Below, piece after piece: positions 41,975 to 51,930 of a stretch of DNA of 64,000 bases. Within the stretch, counting starts at the first letter, position 1. Each line of letters starts with the position of its first letter. The notes under the pieces were generated by a model. The model saw only the letters and a list, made by a program, of their open reading frames with translations. It was not told the origin of the DNA and did no database searches. Source of the stretch: Flagellimonas sp. (GTDB taxonomy: Bacteria > Bacteroidota > Bacteroidia > Flavobacteriales > Flavobacteriaceae); the NCBI RefSeq assembly GCF_965601775.1, contig NZ_OZ271837.1:2374990-2438989 (forward strand), in the 5' to 3' direction. Both the position numbers and the translations under genes were made by a program.

Positions 41975-44953
41975 ATGCGAAAACTGTATGATTATTTGAA
42001 AAAAACAGGGTTCCTGCTCGCGGTGTGTTGCCTTTTGACCTCATCATCCATTTGGTCACAAAGTCAATACACGTTTAATGGAACCGTAACGGAAAGTGGG
42101 ACAAACCTGCCTTTGTCAGGAGCTTCCGTTTTCATTGAAGGTACCTCATTCGGAACAATTTCCGATTTTGACGGTAATTATAGTTTTACCGCTACCTTGG
42201 AACAAGGTTCGGTAAATCTAAGTATTAGTTCCTTAGGATTTACATCACAAAAAATTGCAATTGACCTAGGTTCAAGTCTGGTCATTACCACAGATGTAGT
42301 CCTAGTAGAGGATTTGCTTAGTTTGGATGAAGTGGTAGTAACCGGTAACCCCGTTGGAGTTAACAAAAGAACCTTGGGTAACGCTATTTCTTCTGTAAAA
42401 TCCGAAGATTTGGTAAACAACGGTGCCATAGCTGTAGATCAGGCTATTTCCGGTAAAATTTCTGGAGCTTTGGTACAACAAAACTCCGGTGACCCTGCGG
42501 GTGGTATCAGTATTCGTCTCAGGGGACCAAGCACCGTTTTAGGGAACTCTGACCCACTGTATATTGTTGATGGTATAATTATTAGCAACTCTAGCAACAG
42601 TAATGATTTGGTGGATTTGGGAGGAACGTCCCAAAACCGTTTAGTGGATTTAAATCCAAACGACATTGAACGTATCGAAATCATAAAAGGTGCGGCAGCA
42701 GCGGCAATTTATGGTTCTCGAGCTAGTAATGGTGTCGTTCAAATTTTTACCAAAAAGGGACGAACGGGAACTCCCAAGTTCAATTTTTCAACCAATGTTC
42801 GGGTAAATGAATTGCGGAAGGAAATTGATTACAACACCGTACCTTTGGCCTGGGTAGACCCCTTTGACCGCACCAATCTGGAAACGGTACCCGTGGAGCG
42901 TTTTAATTTTCAAGACGAATTTTTTGAGTCAGGTTTTGGGATTGAAAATTTCCTATCCGTAAGTGGAGGGAACGAGAAGACTTCTTACTACATTTCTGGT
43001 TCTTTCTTGGACAATGAGGGGATAATCAAAAACACGGATTTCCAACGTGTGGGCTTTAAAACCAACATTACTCAAAAAGCATGGGATTGGTTGGAAATTA
43101 ATGCTGGCTTGAATTATACACGAAGTGTGAGCAATGACGTCCCAAATGGAGGTATCAATGCAGCTTACGGAGCCATCACAGGTTTTGTGTTTAGCGATAA
43201 CTCGATAAATCCTAATCCAGATGAGTCGGGTGTATATCCTGTTACCTCTTTATTGGTACCTCGAACCAATCCTTTGGAAGCAGTTGATCGCTTCGACTTT
43301 GGTCAAAAAGTAAACCGGGTAATAACAAGTATAGGTTTAAATGCCCAGATTACGGATAAGCTCAGCGCCAATTATCTCTTGGGACTGGATTTCTTTAATC
43401 AATCCGCAACAGCTTTTATTCCCATCAACAATACCTCCCCTAACGGTGATGGCTTTGCAAGAAGGGCAGATATCAACAACTTTCAATACAACAGCGATTT
43501 AAATTTGGCGTATCAAACGCCAATCACTGAGGATATTGAATCTACAACTACCTTAGGAGGCTCATGGCAGTACGAAGAGTTTGACAGGGTAGCCATAGAA
43601 GCAGATGGTTTAGCCCCGGTTGTGGAAGTTGCCAGTGATGGAAGTATACTAGCCCAAGGCGAAACACGATCGCAAATTTCATATTGGGGTTCTTTCTTGC
43701 AACAGTCCTTTAGTTTTAAAGATAGATTGTATCTCAATGGTGCCGTTCGTTTGGATGGGGCTTCTACTTTTGGTGAAGATGAACGAAATCAATTATATGC
43801 GAAGGCAAGTTTGTCCTATATCATTTCTGAGGAGGATTTTTGGAAAGACACCTTTGGTAATGCCTTTAGCACCTTTAAACTTAGAGGTTCATGGGGTCAG
43901 GCAGGTAACCTGACCGCCTTGTCAGCTTTCCAGAGATTTACTACACTCAATCCATCATCTATAAATGGAACACCCAGTTTGATTCCTGGGACGCAGCAGG
44001 GAGATCTGGATATCGCGCCTGAACGACAAGAGGAAATCGAATTTGGTTTTGACGCAGGATTGTTGGATAATAGAATCGGTATTGAATTCACATACTACAA
44101 ACAAGACGTGACGGATTTACTTTTGCCTCGTGAGTTAGCCTCTTCTACAGGTTTTGGGTCTCGAATTGAAAACGTTGGGGATTTAGAAAATGAAGGTATA
44201 GAGATTTTACTGCGAGGTGCTCCGATAAAAACCAATGATTTTTCCTGGGATATTACGGCTACCTTCTCTCAAAACGAAAATGTAGTTACCCGGGTTGCCG
44301 GTGGGGGACAATTCGCCTTGGCCGGAAGTTTTGCCACCAGTTTTGTGATTGAAGGTGAACCTTTAGGTGTTTTCTTCAGACAATTCTATGCAAGGGAAGC
44401 GGACGGAAGTATTTCTTTGGATGCCGATGGTTTTCCCTTTAGAGGAACAACAGACGAAGGTGCGAGCTCAAAGGTAATCGGAGACCCTAACCCGGATTGG
44501 TTTGGTTCATTGATCAACGAGTTCGCCTACAAGAACTTTAAACTTCGTATTCAACTGGACGCCGTACAAGGTTTTGATGTCTTTAACTGGAACCGCCGAT
44601 TATTGGACAATGTAATCTTCGGAGGAGGATTCAATGTGGGTCAGGAGTTATTGGGCAATCGCCTTAAAGGTTTTGGTGGTGCCCAAGCAGGTATTTTTGA
44701 GGAATTTGTAGAAGACGGTTCTTTTGTAAAATTGCGGGAACTAGCTTTGAGTTATGATTTTAAACCTCCGTTTGAAGGGGTGGATAACATTCAAATAAGC
44801 TTAGTGGGACGAAATTTAATATCATGGGATGACTATTCAGGATGGGACCCAGAGATAAATACAGCAGGACAGAGCAATGGTGTTAGAGGATTCGATTTTG
44901 CAGGGGTCCCTATACCAAGAACCTATCAGTTAGGAGTCAATGTAAGTTTCTAA
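41975..44953 (+). CDS. SusC/RagA TonB-linked outer membrane protein
   Basis: SDPLYIVDG, LNPNDIERIEIIKGAAAAAIYGSRASNGVVQIFTKKG, PRTYQLGVNVSF. Confidence 0.95.
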   Translation: MRKLYDYLKKTGFLLAVCCLLTSSSIWSQSQYTFNGTVTESGTNLPLSGASVFIEGTSFGTISDFDGNYSFTATLEQGSVNLSISSLGFTSQKIAIDLGSSLVITTDVVLVEDLLSLDEVVVTGNPVGVNKRTLGNAISSVKSEDLVNNGAIAVDQAISGKISGALVQQNSGDPAGGISIRLRGPSTVLGNSDPLYIVDGIIISNSSNSNDLVDLGGTSQNRLVDLNPNDIERIEIIKGAAAAAIYGSRASNGVVQIFTKKGRTGTPKFNFSTNVRVNELRKEIDYNTVPLAWVDPFDRTNLETVPVERFNFQDEFFESGFGIENFLSVSGGNEKTSYYISGSFLDNEGIIKNTDFQRVGFKTNITQKAWDWLEINAGLNYTRSVSNDVPNGGINAAYGAITGFVFSDNSINPNPDESGVYPVTSLLVPRTNPLEAVDRFDFGQKVNRVITSIGLNAQITDKLSANYLLGLDFFNQSATAFIPINNTSPNGDGFARRADINNFQYNSDLNLAYQTPITEDIESTTTLGGSWQYEEFDRVAIEADGLAPVVEVASDGSILAQGETRSQISYWGSFLQQSFSFKDRLYLNGAVRLDGASTFGEDERNQLYAKASLSYIISEEDFWKDTFGNAFSTFKLRGSWGQAGNLTALSAFQRFTTLNPSSINGTPSLIPGTQQGDLDIAPERQEEIEFGFDAGLLDNRIGIEFTYYKQDVTDLLLPRELASSTGFGSRIENVGDLENEGIEILLRGAPIKTNDFSWDITATFSQNENVVTRVAGGGQFALAGSFATSFVIEGEPLGVFFRQFYAREADGSISLDADGFPFRGTTDEGASSKVIGDPNPDWFGSLINEFAYKNFKLRIQLDAVQGFDVFNWNRRLLDNVIFGGGFNVGQELLGNRLKGFGGAQAGIFEEFVEDGSFVKLRELALSYDFKPPFEGVDNIQISLVGRNLISWDDYSGWDPEINTAGQSNGVRGFDFAGVPIPRTYQLGVNVSF

Positions 44954-44969
44954 TTCAAAAACAAAGACG

Positions 44970-46301
44970 ATGAAAAATTCAATAAAATACTTTATCATTT
45001 GTGTTTCACTTACAATAGGACTTTTTTCTTGTGAAACTGATTTTGACAACCCAAATGCAGCCACCGAAGACCAGGTATTTTCTTCGAGGGAAGGAATTTT
45101 TGCGGCCGCAGTCGGTCTACAGCAATTGTATTCTACCACGGGCGTGCGCTGGATTGTGGAGACCCCGGCTATAACAACCCGAGAAGGAGGCATCACTACA
45201 ACCTTTCAAAACATGATTGAGTTGGAAGATGGGGGGACTGCCCTTCCTAATTTTAATTCCAATGTACAGGGATTGTGGGCAACCATGCTACGGGTGGTAA
45301 AAATAGCTGAAGATATAGAGGCGAATGCAGCCAATATTGATTTGGACCCTGGAACCCAAAGTGGTTTAATTGCGCATGCTAAGCTTTTCAAGGCACTAGC
45401 CATAGGGAGTTTAGCCCAGAATTATGAGCAAGTGGTGGTAGAGACCAGCAATGACAACGATGCTACTTTTGTTCCAAGAAACCAAGGGTTTCAAACCGCA
45501 ATCACCTTGCTTACGGAGGCTGCGGCTCAAATATCTGGCACAGCACCCTCTGCAGAGTTTATCAATGGAGTTACTTTGGGGAATATTGACCTTGTAAACA
45601 CCATTGCCGCATACACAGCAAGGTATAACCTGTTTGCAGGGAATTACGATGCTGCCATCGCCGCAGCAAATACAGTGGACTTGACGTCAACTTCAATTTT
45701 TGCTTACGACACCCAAAACCAAAATCCGATTTGGGCCAGAATCATTCAAAATGATGCTCCGAACTTTAAGCCAAGAGATAATTTTGGATTACCCTCAGAA
45801 TTTGTTTTTGATCCTGCGGACGGAAGATTAGCCTTCTATCTCATTCCACTGGACGAGACGAATCAGAATGGTTTGCCTATTGAAGATGTGGCTGGTTTCT
45901 TTAATGAAATAACAGAACCTATTCCAGTGTATTTACCAGATGAGATGAACCTAATTATTGCTGAGGCCAACCTTAGACTAGGTACTCCAAATTTGGGAGC
46001 AGCTACAGCAGCCCTGAACGAGGTGCTTACCGATACGGATGACCCTTTCGAGGTTAACGCCAATGTAGCTGCCTATTCAGGAGCCAACACTGCAGAGGCC
46101 TTGCTTGACGAAGTATATCGCAATAGAAGAGCAGAGCTTCTGTTTACCGGAATGAGTTTGGAGGATAGCCGAAGGTTTGGAAGACCCGAGCCTAGCGGGG
46201 CGTCCATGAATTTTGCCGAGGAAAGGAATCGAAATTTCTATCCTTATCCAGATTTGGAAAGAAATAGTAATCCGAATACACCGGCTGACCCTGCAATTTA
46301 A
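44970..46301 (+). CDS. SusD/RagB nutrient-binding lipoprotein
   Basis: Lipobox LFSC; follows susC; YRNRRAELLFTG..LEDSRRF...PYPDLERNSNPN. Confidence 0.9.
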   Translation: MKNSIKYFIICVSLTIGLFSCETDFDNPNAATEDQVFSSREGIFAAAVGLQQLYSTTGVRWIVETPAITTREGGITTTFQNMIELEDGGTALPNFNSNVQGLWATMLRVVKIAEDIEANAANIDLDPGTQSGLIAHAKLFKALAIGSLAQNYEQVVVETSNDNDATFVPRNQGFQTAITLLTEAAAQISGTAPSAEFINGVTLGNIDLVNTIAAYTARYNLFAGNYDAAIAAANTVDLTSTSIFAYDTQNQNPIWARIIQNDAPNFKPRDNFGLPSEFVFDPADGRLAFYLIPLDETNQNGLPIEDVAGFFNEITEPIPVYLPDEMNLIIAEANLRLGTPNLGAATAALNEVLTDTDDPFEVNANVAAYSGANTAEALLDEVYRNRRAELLFTGMSLEDSRRFGRPEPSGASMNFAEERNRNFYPYPDLERNSNPNTPADPAI

Positions 46302-46343
46302 TTTGAAGCTTTTTGAATTTGTTAGTTTAAGTTAATTAAGCCT

Positions 46344-46379
46344 AAAGGCCTACTTTTAATCTTCAGGTAGGCCTTTTTT
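46344..46379 (+). terminator. Terminator/attenuator hairpin after susD
   Basis: AAAGGCCTAC...GTAGGCCTTTTTT. Confidence 0.75.
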
Positions 46380-46385
46380 ATTCTT

Positions 46386-47900
46386 ATGAAATTCGTTTTT
46401 CAGTACATCCTCTGTCTTTGCTTTTTGGCTTCCTGTGCTTCACATAGGGGTCTAAAAGCTATGCCCGATGAGGAATTCAGAGGGGTATGGATTGCTACTG
46501 TCGTTAATATTGATTGGCCAAAGAATGGAAATGATACAGCTTCCAAAAAAAAGCAAGACTTTCTTGAAATATTGGATTTCTACGAAAACTTAAACTTCAA
46601 TGCGGTAGTTGTACAGGTGAGAACGGCTGGTGATGCCTTCTATCCTAGCCAACAAGCTCCATGGTCAAAATACTTGACCGGCCAACAGGGAAAAGCACCT
46701 AAAGATTTCGAAGACCCTCTAGCCTGGATGATAAATGAAACGCATGATAGGGGAATGGAATTCCATGCCTGGCTAAATCCCTACCGAGCTACTTTTGATA
46801 TGGACACCCTAGGTTTAGACGCTACCCATGATTTCAACCAGCATAGGGATTGGATGATTAAATATGGAAAAAAGTTCTACTACAATCCTGGTTTACCCGA
46901 GGTTAGGGACAAGTTCGCTTTGGTCGTAAAGGAATTGGTGGAGAATCATGATATTGACGCTATCCATTTTGACGATTATTTCTATCCGTATAAAATTACA
47001 GGTGAGGTTTTTAATGATTCCCTTGCCTTCCAATCCAAAAAATTACCGAACCAAAGCTTGGATGAATGGAGAAGAAGTAATGTGGATTCGTTGGTTAGGC
47101 AGGTACACACTACCATAAAAAAAAGCAAACCTTGGGTGCAGTTCGGAATCAGTCCATTTGGAGTTTGGAGAAACAAGAATGTAGACCCCAAAGGTTCCGA
47201 TACCAAGGCCGGGCAAACCAATTATGATGATCTTTATGCCAATCCCTTACTTTGGATGGAGAAAGGATGGATTGATTATATAGCTCCGCAAGCCTATTGG
47301 AGCATGGATTACCCACCTGCTTCCCACCGAAGTGTTTCCGAATGGTGGTCAAAGCAGAAAGGGGCCGTAAACCTATACATGGGCAATGGACCATACAAAA
47401 TCAAAAACAATAGCGATAAGGCCTGGAACAACTGCAATGAAATTCCCAAACAACTTAAATTTTCAAGGTTGTTACCTAAAGTAAATGGCAACATTTTTTT
47501 CAGTGCAAAGTCATTATTGGGTAAGCATCCTAAAGCAGTCAAAAAAATCAGGAAAATTTATGCTGGGCCGGTATCCAATCCAACCTTAAAAAAACCATTT
47601 AAAAGAACATTAGAAAAACCAAAAGTTGACATAAAAAAAATAGCAAATAACAGAATACGTTTAAACCTAAATCATTCCGATAGCATATCTCGATTTGCAT
47701 TATTCTATGTTGACAGGAGGATGAGCAACGACAAATTTCCCTTGTTTAAAAAAAGCTATCTTTCGTCAAAAGAAGATAGCATTCAAGTTGAAATGCCCAT
47801 CACTGGCAAAATGAAAAGACAGGGACTACGAATAGTAATCCAAGATGTCTATGGCAACAGAACCCAACCCCTTATCCTAAATAAGAAACAGCTCCAATGA
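46386..47900 (+). CDS. Family 10-like glycosyl hydrolase (GHL10/DUF187, YngK/DigH-like) lipoprotein
   Basis: Lipobox LASC; EFRGVWIATVVNIDWP, MEFHAWLNPYR, IHFDDYFYP, FGISPFGVWR, DYIAPQAYW. Confidence 0.88.
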   Translation: MKFVFQYILCLCFLASCASHRGLKAMPDEEFRGVWIATVVNIDWPKNGNDTASKKKQDFLEILDFYENLNFNAVVVQVRTAGDAFYPSQQAPWSKYLTGQQGKAPKDFEDPLAWMINETHDRGMEFHAWLNPYRATFDMDTLGLDATHDFNQHRDWMIKYGKKFYYNPGLPEVRDKFALVVKELVENHDIDAIHFDDYFYPYKITGEVFNDSLAFQSKKLPNQSLDEWRRSNVDSLVRQVHTTIKKSKPWVQFGISPFGVWRNKNVDPKGSDTKAGQTNYDDLYANPLLWMEKGWIDYIAPQAYWSMDYPPASHRSVSEWWSKQKGAVNLYMGNGPYKIKNNSDKAWNNCNEIPKQLKFSRLLPKVNGNIFFSAKSLLGKHPKAVKKIRKIYAGPVSNPTLKKPFKRTLEKPKVDIKKIANNRIRLNLNHSDSISRFALFYVDRRMSNDKFPLFKKSYLSSKEDSIQVEMPITGKMKRQGLRIVIQDVYGNRTQPLILNKKQLQ

Positions 47901-48379
47901 AAGATATGCTCGTCCGACTTATGAATCTACCCGATGTAAATGGGGATGCAAATAACCTCTTTACGACAGAGAACATTGTTTTTAGAAAACCCATTGCTGC
48001 GGAAAAAAGTTTGGTTTTAAAATGGGTAGAGAAAAACTTCAGCATGAACTGGAAAGATGAAGTGGATGTAGCATTTTCAAATGTACCTGTCAACTGTTTT
48101 ATTGCACAGCGAGAACAGGAGATTCTAGGTTTTGCCTGTTTTGAATGTTCTGCGAAAAACTTCTTCGGTCCTACTGGGGTTATTCCTTCGGAAAGAGGCA
48201 AGAATGTGGGTAAAATACTTTTGATTAAAGCCTTGGAAGCATTAAAAGAAATGGGATATGCATATGCGATTATCGGGGGCGTTGGACCTGTTGATTATTA
48301 TGAAAAAACAGTGAATGCAAAAGTTATTGAGGGCTCAGAAAAAAGTATCTATCAGAACCTTTTAAAACAGAAGAAGTAA
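47897..48379 (+). CDS. GNAT family N-acetyltransferase
   Basis: FFGPTGVIPSERGKNVGKILLIKAL acetyl-CoA motif A. Confidence 0.85.
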   Translation: MKDMLVRLMNLPDVNGDANNLFTTENIVFRKPIAAEKSLVLKWVEKNFSMNWKDEVDVAFSNVPVNCFIAQREQEILGFACFECSAKNFFGPTGVIPSERGKNVGKILLIKALEALKEMGYAYAIIGGVGPVDYYEKTVNAKVIEGSEKSIYQNLLKQKK

Positions 48380-49660
48380 ATGAAAGTGGCCGAAAAAGAT
48401 AAAGGGGCTTGGGCTTGGATTCCAACCTTATACTTTACGCAAGGAATTCCCTATGTCCTTGTAGTTATGGTCTCTGTTATCATGTACAAACGCTTAGGAA
48501 TCAACAATTCGGATATTGGCCTTTACACCAGTTGGCTGTACTTGCCTTGGGTCATAAAACCCCTTTGGAGCCCCATAGTTGACCTCAACGGAACCAAAAG
48601 AAAATGGTTTTTGGGTATGCAGATGTTGATTGCCCTTTCGTTTCTTGGGATAGGTTTTTTTCTACCCACCAATGCGTTTTTTACCATTACGTTGGCCTTC
48701 TTTTGGATGTCCGCTTTTGCTTCCGCGACCAATGATATTGCCTCTGACGGGTATTACATGATTGGTCTTTCTCAAAAAAAACAAGCTTTTTTTATTGGGC
48801 TCAGAAGTACGTTCTACAGATTGGCCATGGTTACTGCACAGGGGCTTTTGGTGATACTAGCTGGTTTTCTGGAAAAAGAATATGGCGATAACACCAAAGC
48901 CTGGTCCATCACCATGATTTGTACAGCAGGTCTTATGTTTGTGCTTACACTCATCAACTTTTTCGTTACTCCAAAATTTGAAGACCCTAAAAGTGACAAG
49001 AATGAGAGACCCGGGAGTTTTTCAGAAGTTTTTGTGACTTTCTTTCAAAAGAAACAAATTGGTATAGCCATCCTCTTTATTCTTTTGTATAGGCTTGGTG
49101 AATCCCAGTTGGTTAAAATGGCCTCCCCTTTTCTTCTCGATGAAAAACAGCTTGGAGGGCTAAACCTCAGTACCGAAGCGGTTGGGACCATTTATGGAAC
49201 TGTGGGTATTATCATGCTTTCATTGGGTGGTATAATTGGGGGCATTCTAATTTCAAGGGACGGGCTCAAAAAATGGATGCTTCCTATGCTCCTTGCCCTT
49301 AATCTTCCCAACGCTTTATATGCTTTGCTTGCTTTCACAAAAACCCAAAGTTTGATAGCTGTGGTAGGAACAGTGGTCTTGGAACAATTTGGGTATGGAT
49401 TTGGTTTCGCGGCATTCTTGATTTTTCTCATTTATATTGCCGAAGGAGTATCTAAAACTTCACATTATGCAATTGCCACAGGATTTATGGCCCTCGGAAT
49501 GATGTTACCTGGAATGCTTAGTGGTTATATCCAGGAATGGTTGGGGTATCCCGGTTTCTTCACTTGGGTCGTTATTGCTGCTTTGCCAGCGTTCTTGTTG
49601 CTTCCTTTCCTAAAATATCCGCCAGAGTATGGCAAGAAATCAGCAGATTCCAATGAATAA
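48380..49660 (+). CDS. AmpG-like MFS muropeptide permease
   Basis: WAWIPTLYFTQGIP, LPWVIKPLWSPIVD, SATNDIASDGYY, TSHYAIATGFMAL. Confidence 0.85.
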   Translation: MKVAEKDKGAWAWIPTLYFTQGIPYVLVVMVSVIMYKRLGINNSDIGLYTSWLYLPWVIKPLWSPIVDLNGTKRKWFLGMQMLIALSFLGIGFFLPTNAFFTITLAFFWMSAFASATNDIASDGYYMIGLSQKKQAFFIGLRSTFYRLAMVTAQGLLVILAGFLEKEYGDNTKAWSITMICTAGLMFVLTLINFFVTPKFEDPKSDKNERPGSFSEVFVTFFQKKQIGIAILFILLYRLGESQLVKMASPFLLDEKQLGGLNLSTEAVGTIYGTVGIIMLSLGGIIGGILISRDGLKKWMLPMLLALNLPNALYALLAFTKTQSLIAVVGTVVLEQFGYGFGFAAFLIFLIYIAEGVSKTSHYAIATGFMALGMMLPGMLSGYIQEWLGYPGFFTWVVIAALPAFLLLPFLKYPPEYGKKSADSNE

Positions 49661-51272
49661 AGGCCTGAAACAGCATATAAAACTAAGTTCGACCCAAAAT
49701 TTTAGTCTAAAACAAAAGGTAGGGCAATTGTTCATGATTGCGGTTTTCATAAACGATTCTGAAGAAAACGTTCAGGAAACGGAAAACCTGATTAAAGAAA
49801 ACCATATTGGGGCTTTGTGTTTTTTTCACAGCAGAGCAAGTGCAGCCACAAATTTCGAGGGTAAGAAAAAAGTGGTTTACAATGAAAACAGTTACGAACG
49901 ACTTGTCTCATTAATCGATAGATACCAAAAGGCGTCCCCTACTCCACTTTTAATCACTATGGATGCCGAATGGGGACTTGCCATGCGTATTGAAAATACG
50001 CCACAATATCCTTATGCTTTGACCCTTGGGGCCCTTCAGAATAGAGAAGACTTAATACACCAAGTAGGGTACAACATAGGTCAGGATTGTCTTGAGGCTG
50101 GAATTCATTGGAATCTCGCTCCGGTACTTGATATCAACAACAATCCTGAAAATCCGGTTATTGGATACCGGTCGTTTGGAGATGACAAAGAAAAAGTCAC
50201 CCAAAACGCAAAAGCTTTTATAGCAGGAATGCGTGAAGCAGGTGTTCTAAATTCGCTTAAGCATTTTCCCGGTCATGGGGATACTCATACCGACTCGCAT
50301 CTTGCCCTACCAATTATAGATAAATCAAAAGAAAATCTTTTGGAAAATGAGATGTACCCCTTCCAAGAGCTAATGCACGAAGAAGCTGATTCCATCATGA
50401 TAGGACACCTCTCCGTTCCCTCTTTAGACCCCTCAGGAAAGCCCGCTACTCTATCCAAAATCATTTTGACCAGCCTTCTGAGAGAAAAATTAGGCTATAA
50501 TGGGGTAATTATCTCAGATGCCATGAATATGCATGCGGTATCCAAAAGCTTTGAGGAAAAGGGAGCTCTGGAATTAGCCGCGTTTAATGCCGGAATGGAC
50601 ATATTTTGTTTTTCGGAACATCCGAAAGAAGCCATTGACAAAATTGTTTCTGAGAACAAGGTTAAGCGGATTGAATCCAGTTTTGAACGGGTTTGGGAAT
50701 TAAAGAAAAAAACCTTCAACCAGTCGAATGACATTCCTAAAACTAAGAGTACTCTTAAAAAATTGAATACCGAAATAGCAAAAGCCTGTTTAACTGAACT
50801 CTTTGGTAGTGGCAAAAAATTGGTAGAAACATCATCTCAGGATTTGGAACAAATTGTTTTTGGCAAACCAAAATTAAGTGTCTTTCCTCGGTATTTGGAA
50901 CAAGAGTCAAAAGTCCAGCCCTCGCGGATAAATGACATGGAATCGGAGCGAGTTCAAGATTCATTTGAGAACCAAAAAACAAAAGTACTTTCTGTCTTTC
51001 CACCCTCGGTGAAACCTAAAAACGGATTTGGGTTTACAAAAGAAGAGCTGGAGACAATGAATCAAATGCTAAAAAAAGGCAGTTGCATTTTGTATCTATT
51101 TGGCAATCCCCTTTTTCTACATACACTGCATATAAGTGCACAAAACTCATACATCCTAATGTATCAGGACTTTCCTGAATTTCAAGAAGTGGCCTACTCC
51201 CATTTCAAGGGAGAACTTGTAGCTGAGGGCAGGCTTCCCTTTCAACTAAAAACGAATTTGCATGAAAACTGA
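49653..51272 (+). CDS. nagZ: GH3 beta-N-acetylglucosaminidase (NagZ-like), no signal peptide
   Basis: MDAEWG, APVLDIN, RSFG, KHFPGHGDTHTDSH catalytic loop, IISDAM nucleophile; start set to MNKGLK at 49653. Confidence 0.82.
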   Translation: MNKGLKQHIKLSSTQNFSLKQKVGQLFMIAVFINDSEENVQETENLIKENHIGALCFFHSRASAATNFEGKKKVVYNENSYERLVSLIDRYQKASPTPLLITMDAEWGLAMRIENTPQYPYALTLGALQNREDLIHQVGYNIGQDCLEAGIHWNLAPVLDINNNPENPVIGYRSFGDDKEKVTQNAKAFIAGMREAGVLNSLKHFPGHGDTHTDSHLALPIIDKSKENLLENEMYPFQELMHEEADSIMIGHLSVPSLDPSGKPATLSKIILTSLLREKLGYNGVIISDAMNMHAVSKSFEEKGALELAAFNAGMDIFCFSEHPKEAIDKIVSENKVKRIESSFERVWELKKKTFNQSNDIPKTKSTLKKLNTEIAKACLTELFGSGKKLVETSSQDLEQIVFGKPKLSVFPRYLEQESKVQPSRINDMESERVQDSFENQKTKVLSVFPPSVKPKNGFGFTKEELETMNQMLKKGSCILYLFGNPLFLHTLHISAQNSYILMYQDFPEFQEVAYSHFKGELVAEGRLPFQLKTNLHEN

Positions 51273-51930
51273 AATAATAGACTCTTGGGAAAAAAATGCC
51301 AAAGAATGGAGTAAAATTATCCAAAATCACGGTATAGCCTCTAGAAAATTTACAAACAAAGCCATTCTTGATAGCGTGAATCAAATTGAAGCTGCAAAGG
51401 TGGCCGATTTTGGCTGTGGAGAAGGGTGGTTAACCCGAGAAATAAGCAAAATGGGGAGGGATGCCTATGGATTTGATGCGATACAAGCCTTACTTGACGA
51501 TGCTGAACAGAAAGGACACGGGCACTTTCAGCAATTGACCTTTGAGGATATGATTTCGGGAAAACCCATTCCTCATAGCCCATTCGATTTGGGGATTTTT
51601 AACTTCTGCATTTACCTAAAAGATGGTCTTAATGAGTTGATTGAAAATACTCTAAAAGCAATCAATCCGAATGGATGTATCCTTATCCAAACATTACATC
51701 CATTTTTCCTGATTCAAAATGGGATGGAATATAAAGGACAATGGATTTCTGATTCATGGAAAGGACTCCCGGGTAATTTTATTGAAGGCCATTCGTGGTA
51801 TGCAAGAACCTTTGAAGATTGGATTGCAGTTTTATCTTCCTTTAAAGGAGTAGATTTCACCATCAAGGAAATAACAAATGATGAAGGACAGCCTATTTCA
51901 CTTATCATCCAAATTCAGAAGTCCCGATGA
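51262..51930 (+). CDS. Class I SAM-dependent methyltransferase
   Basis: VADFGCGEGWL motif I; overlaps both neighbouring genes. Confidence 0.88.
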   Translation: MKTEIIDSWEKNAKEWSKIIQNHGIASRKFTNKAILDSVNQIEAAKVADFGCGEGWLTREISKMGRDAYGFDAIQALLDDAEQKGHGHFQQLTFEDMISGKPIPHSPFDLGIFNFCIYLKDGLNELIENTLKAINPNGCILIQTLHPFFLIQNGMEYKGQWISDSWKGLPGNFIEGHSWYARTFEDWIAVLSSFKGVDFTIKEITNDEGQPISLIIQIQKSR

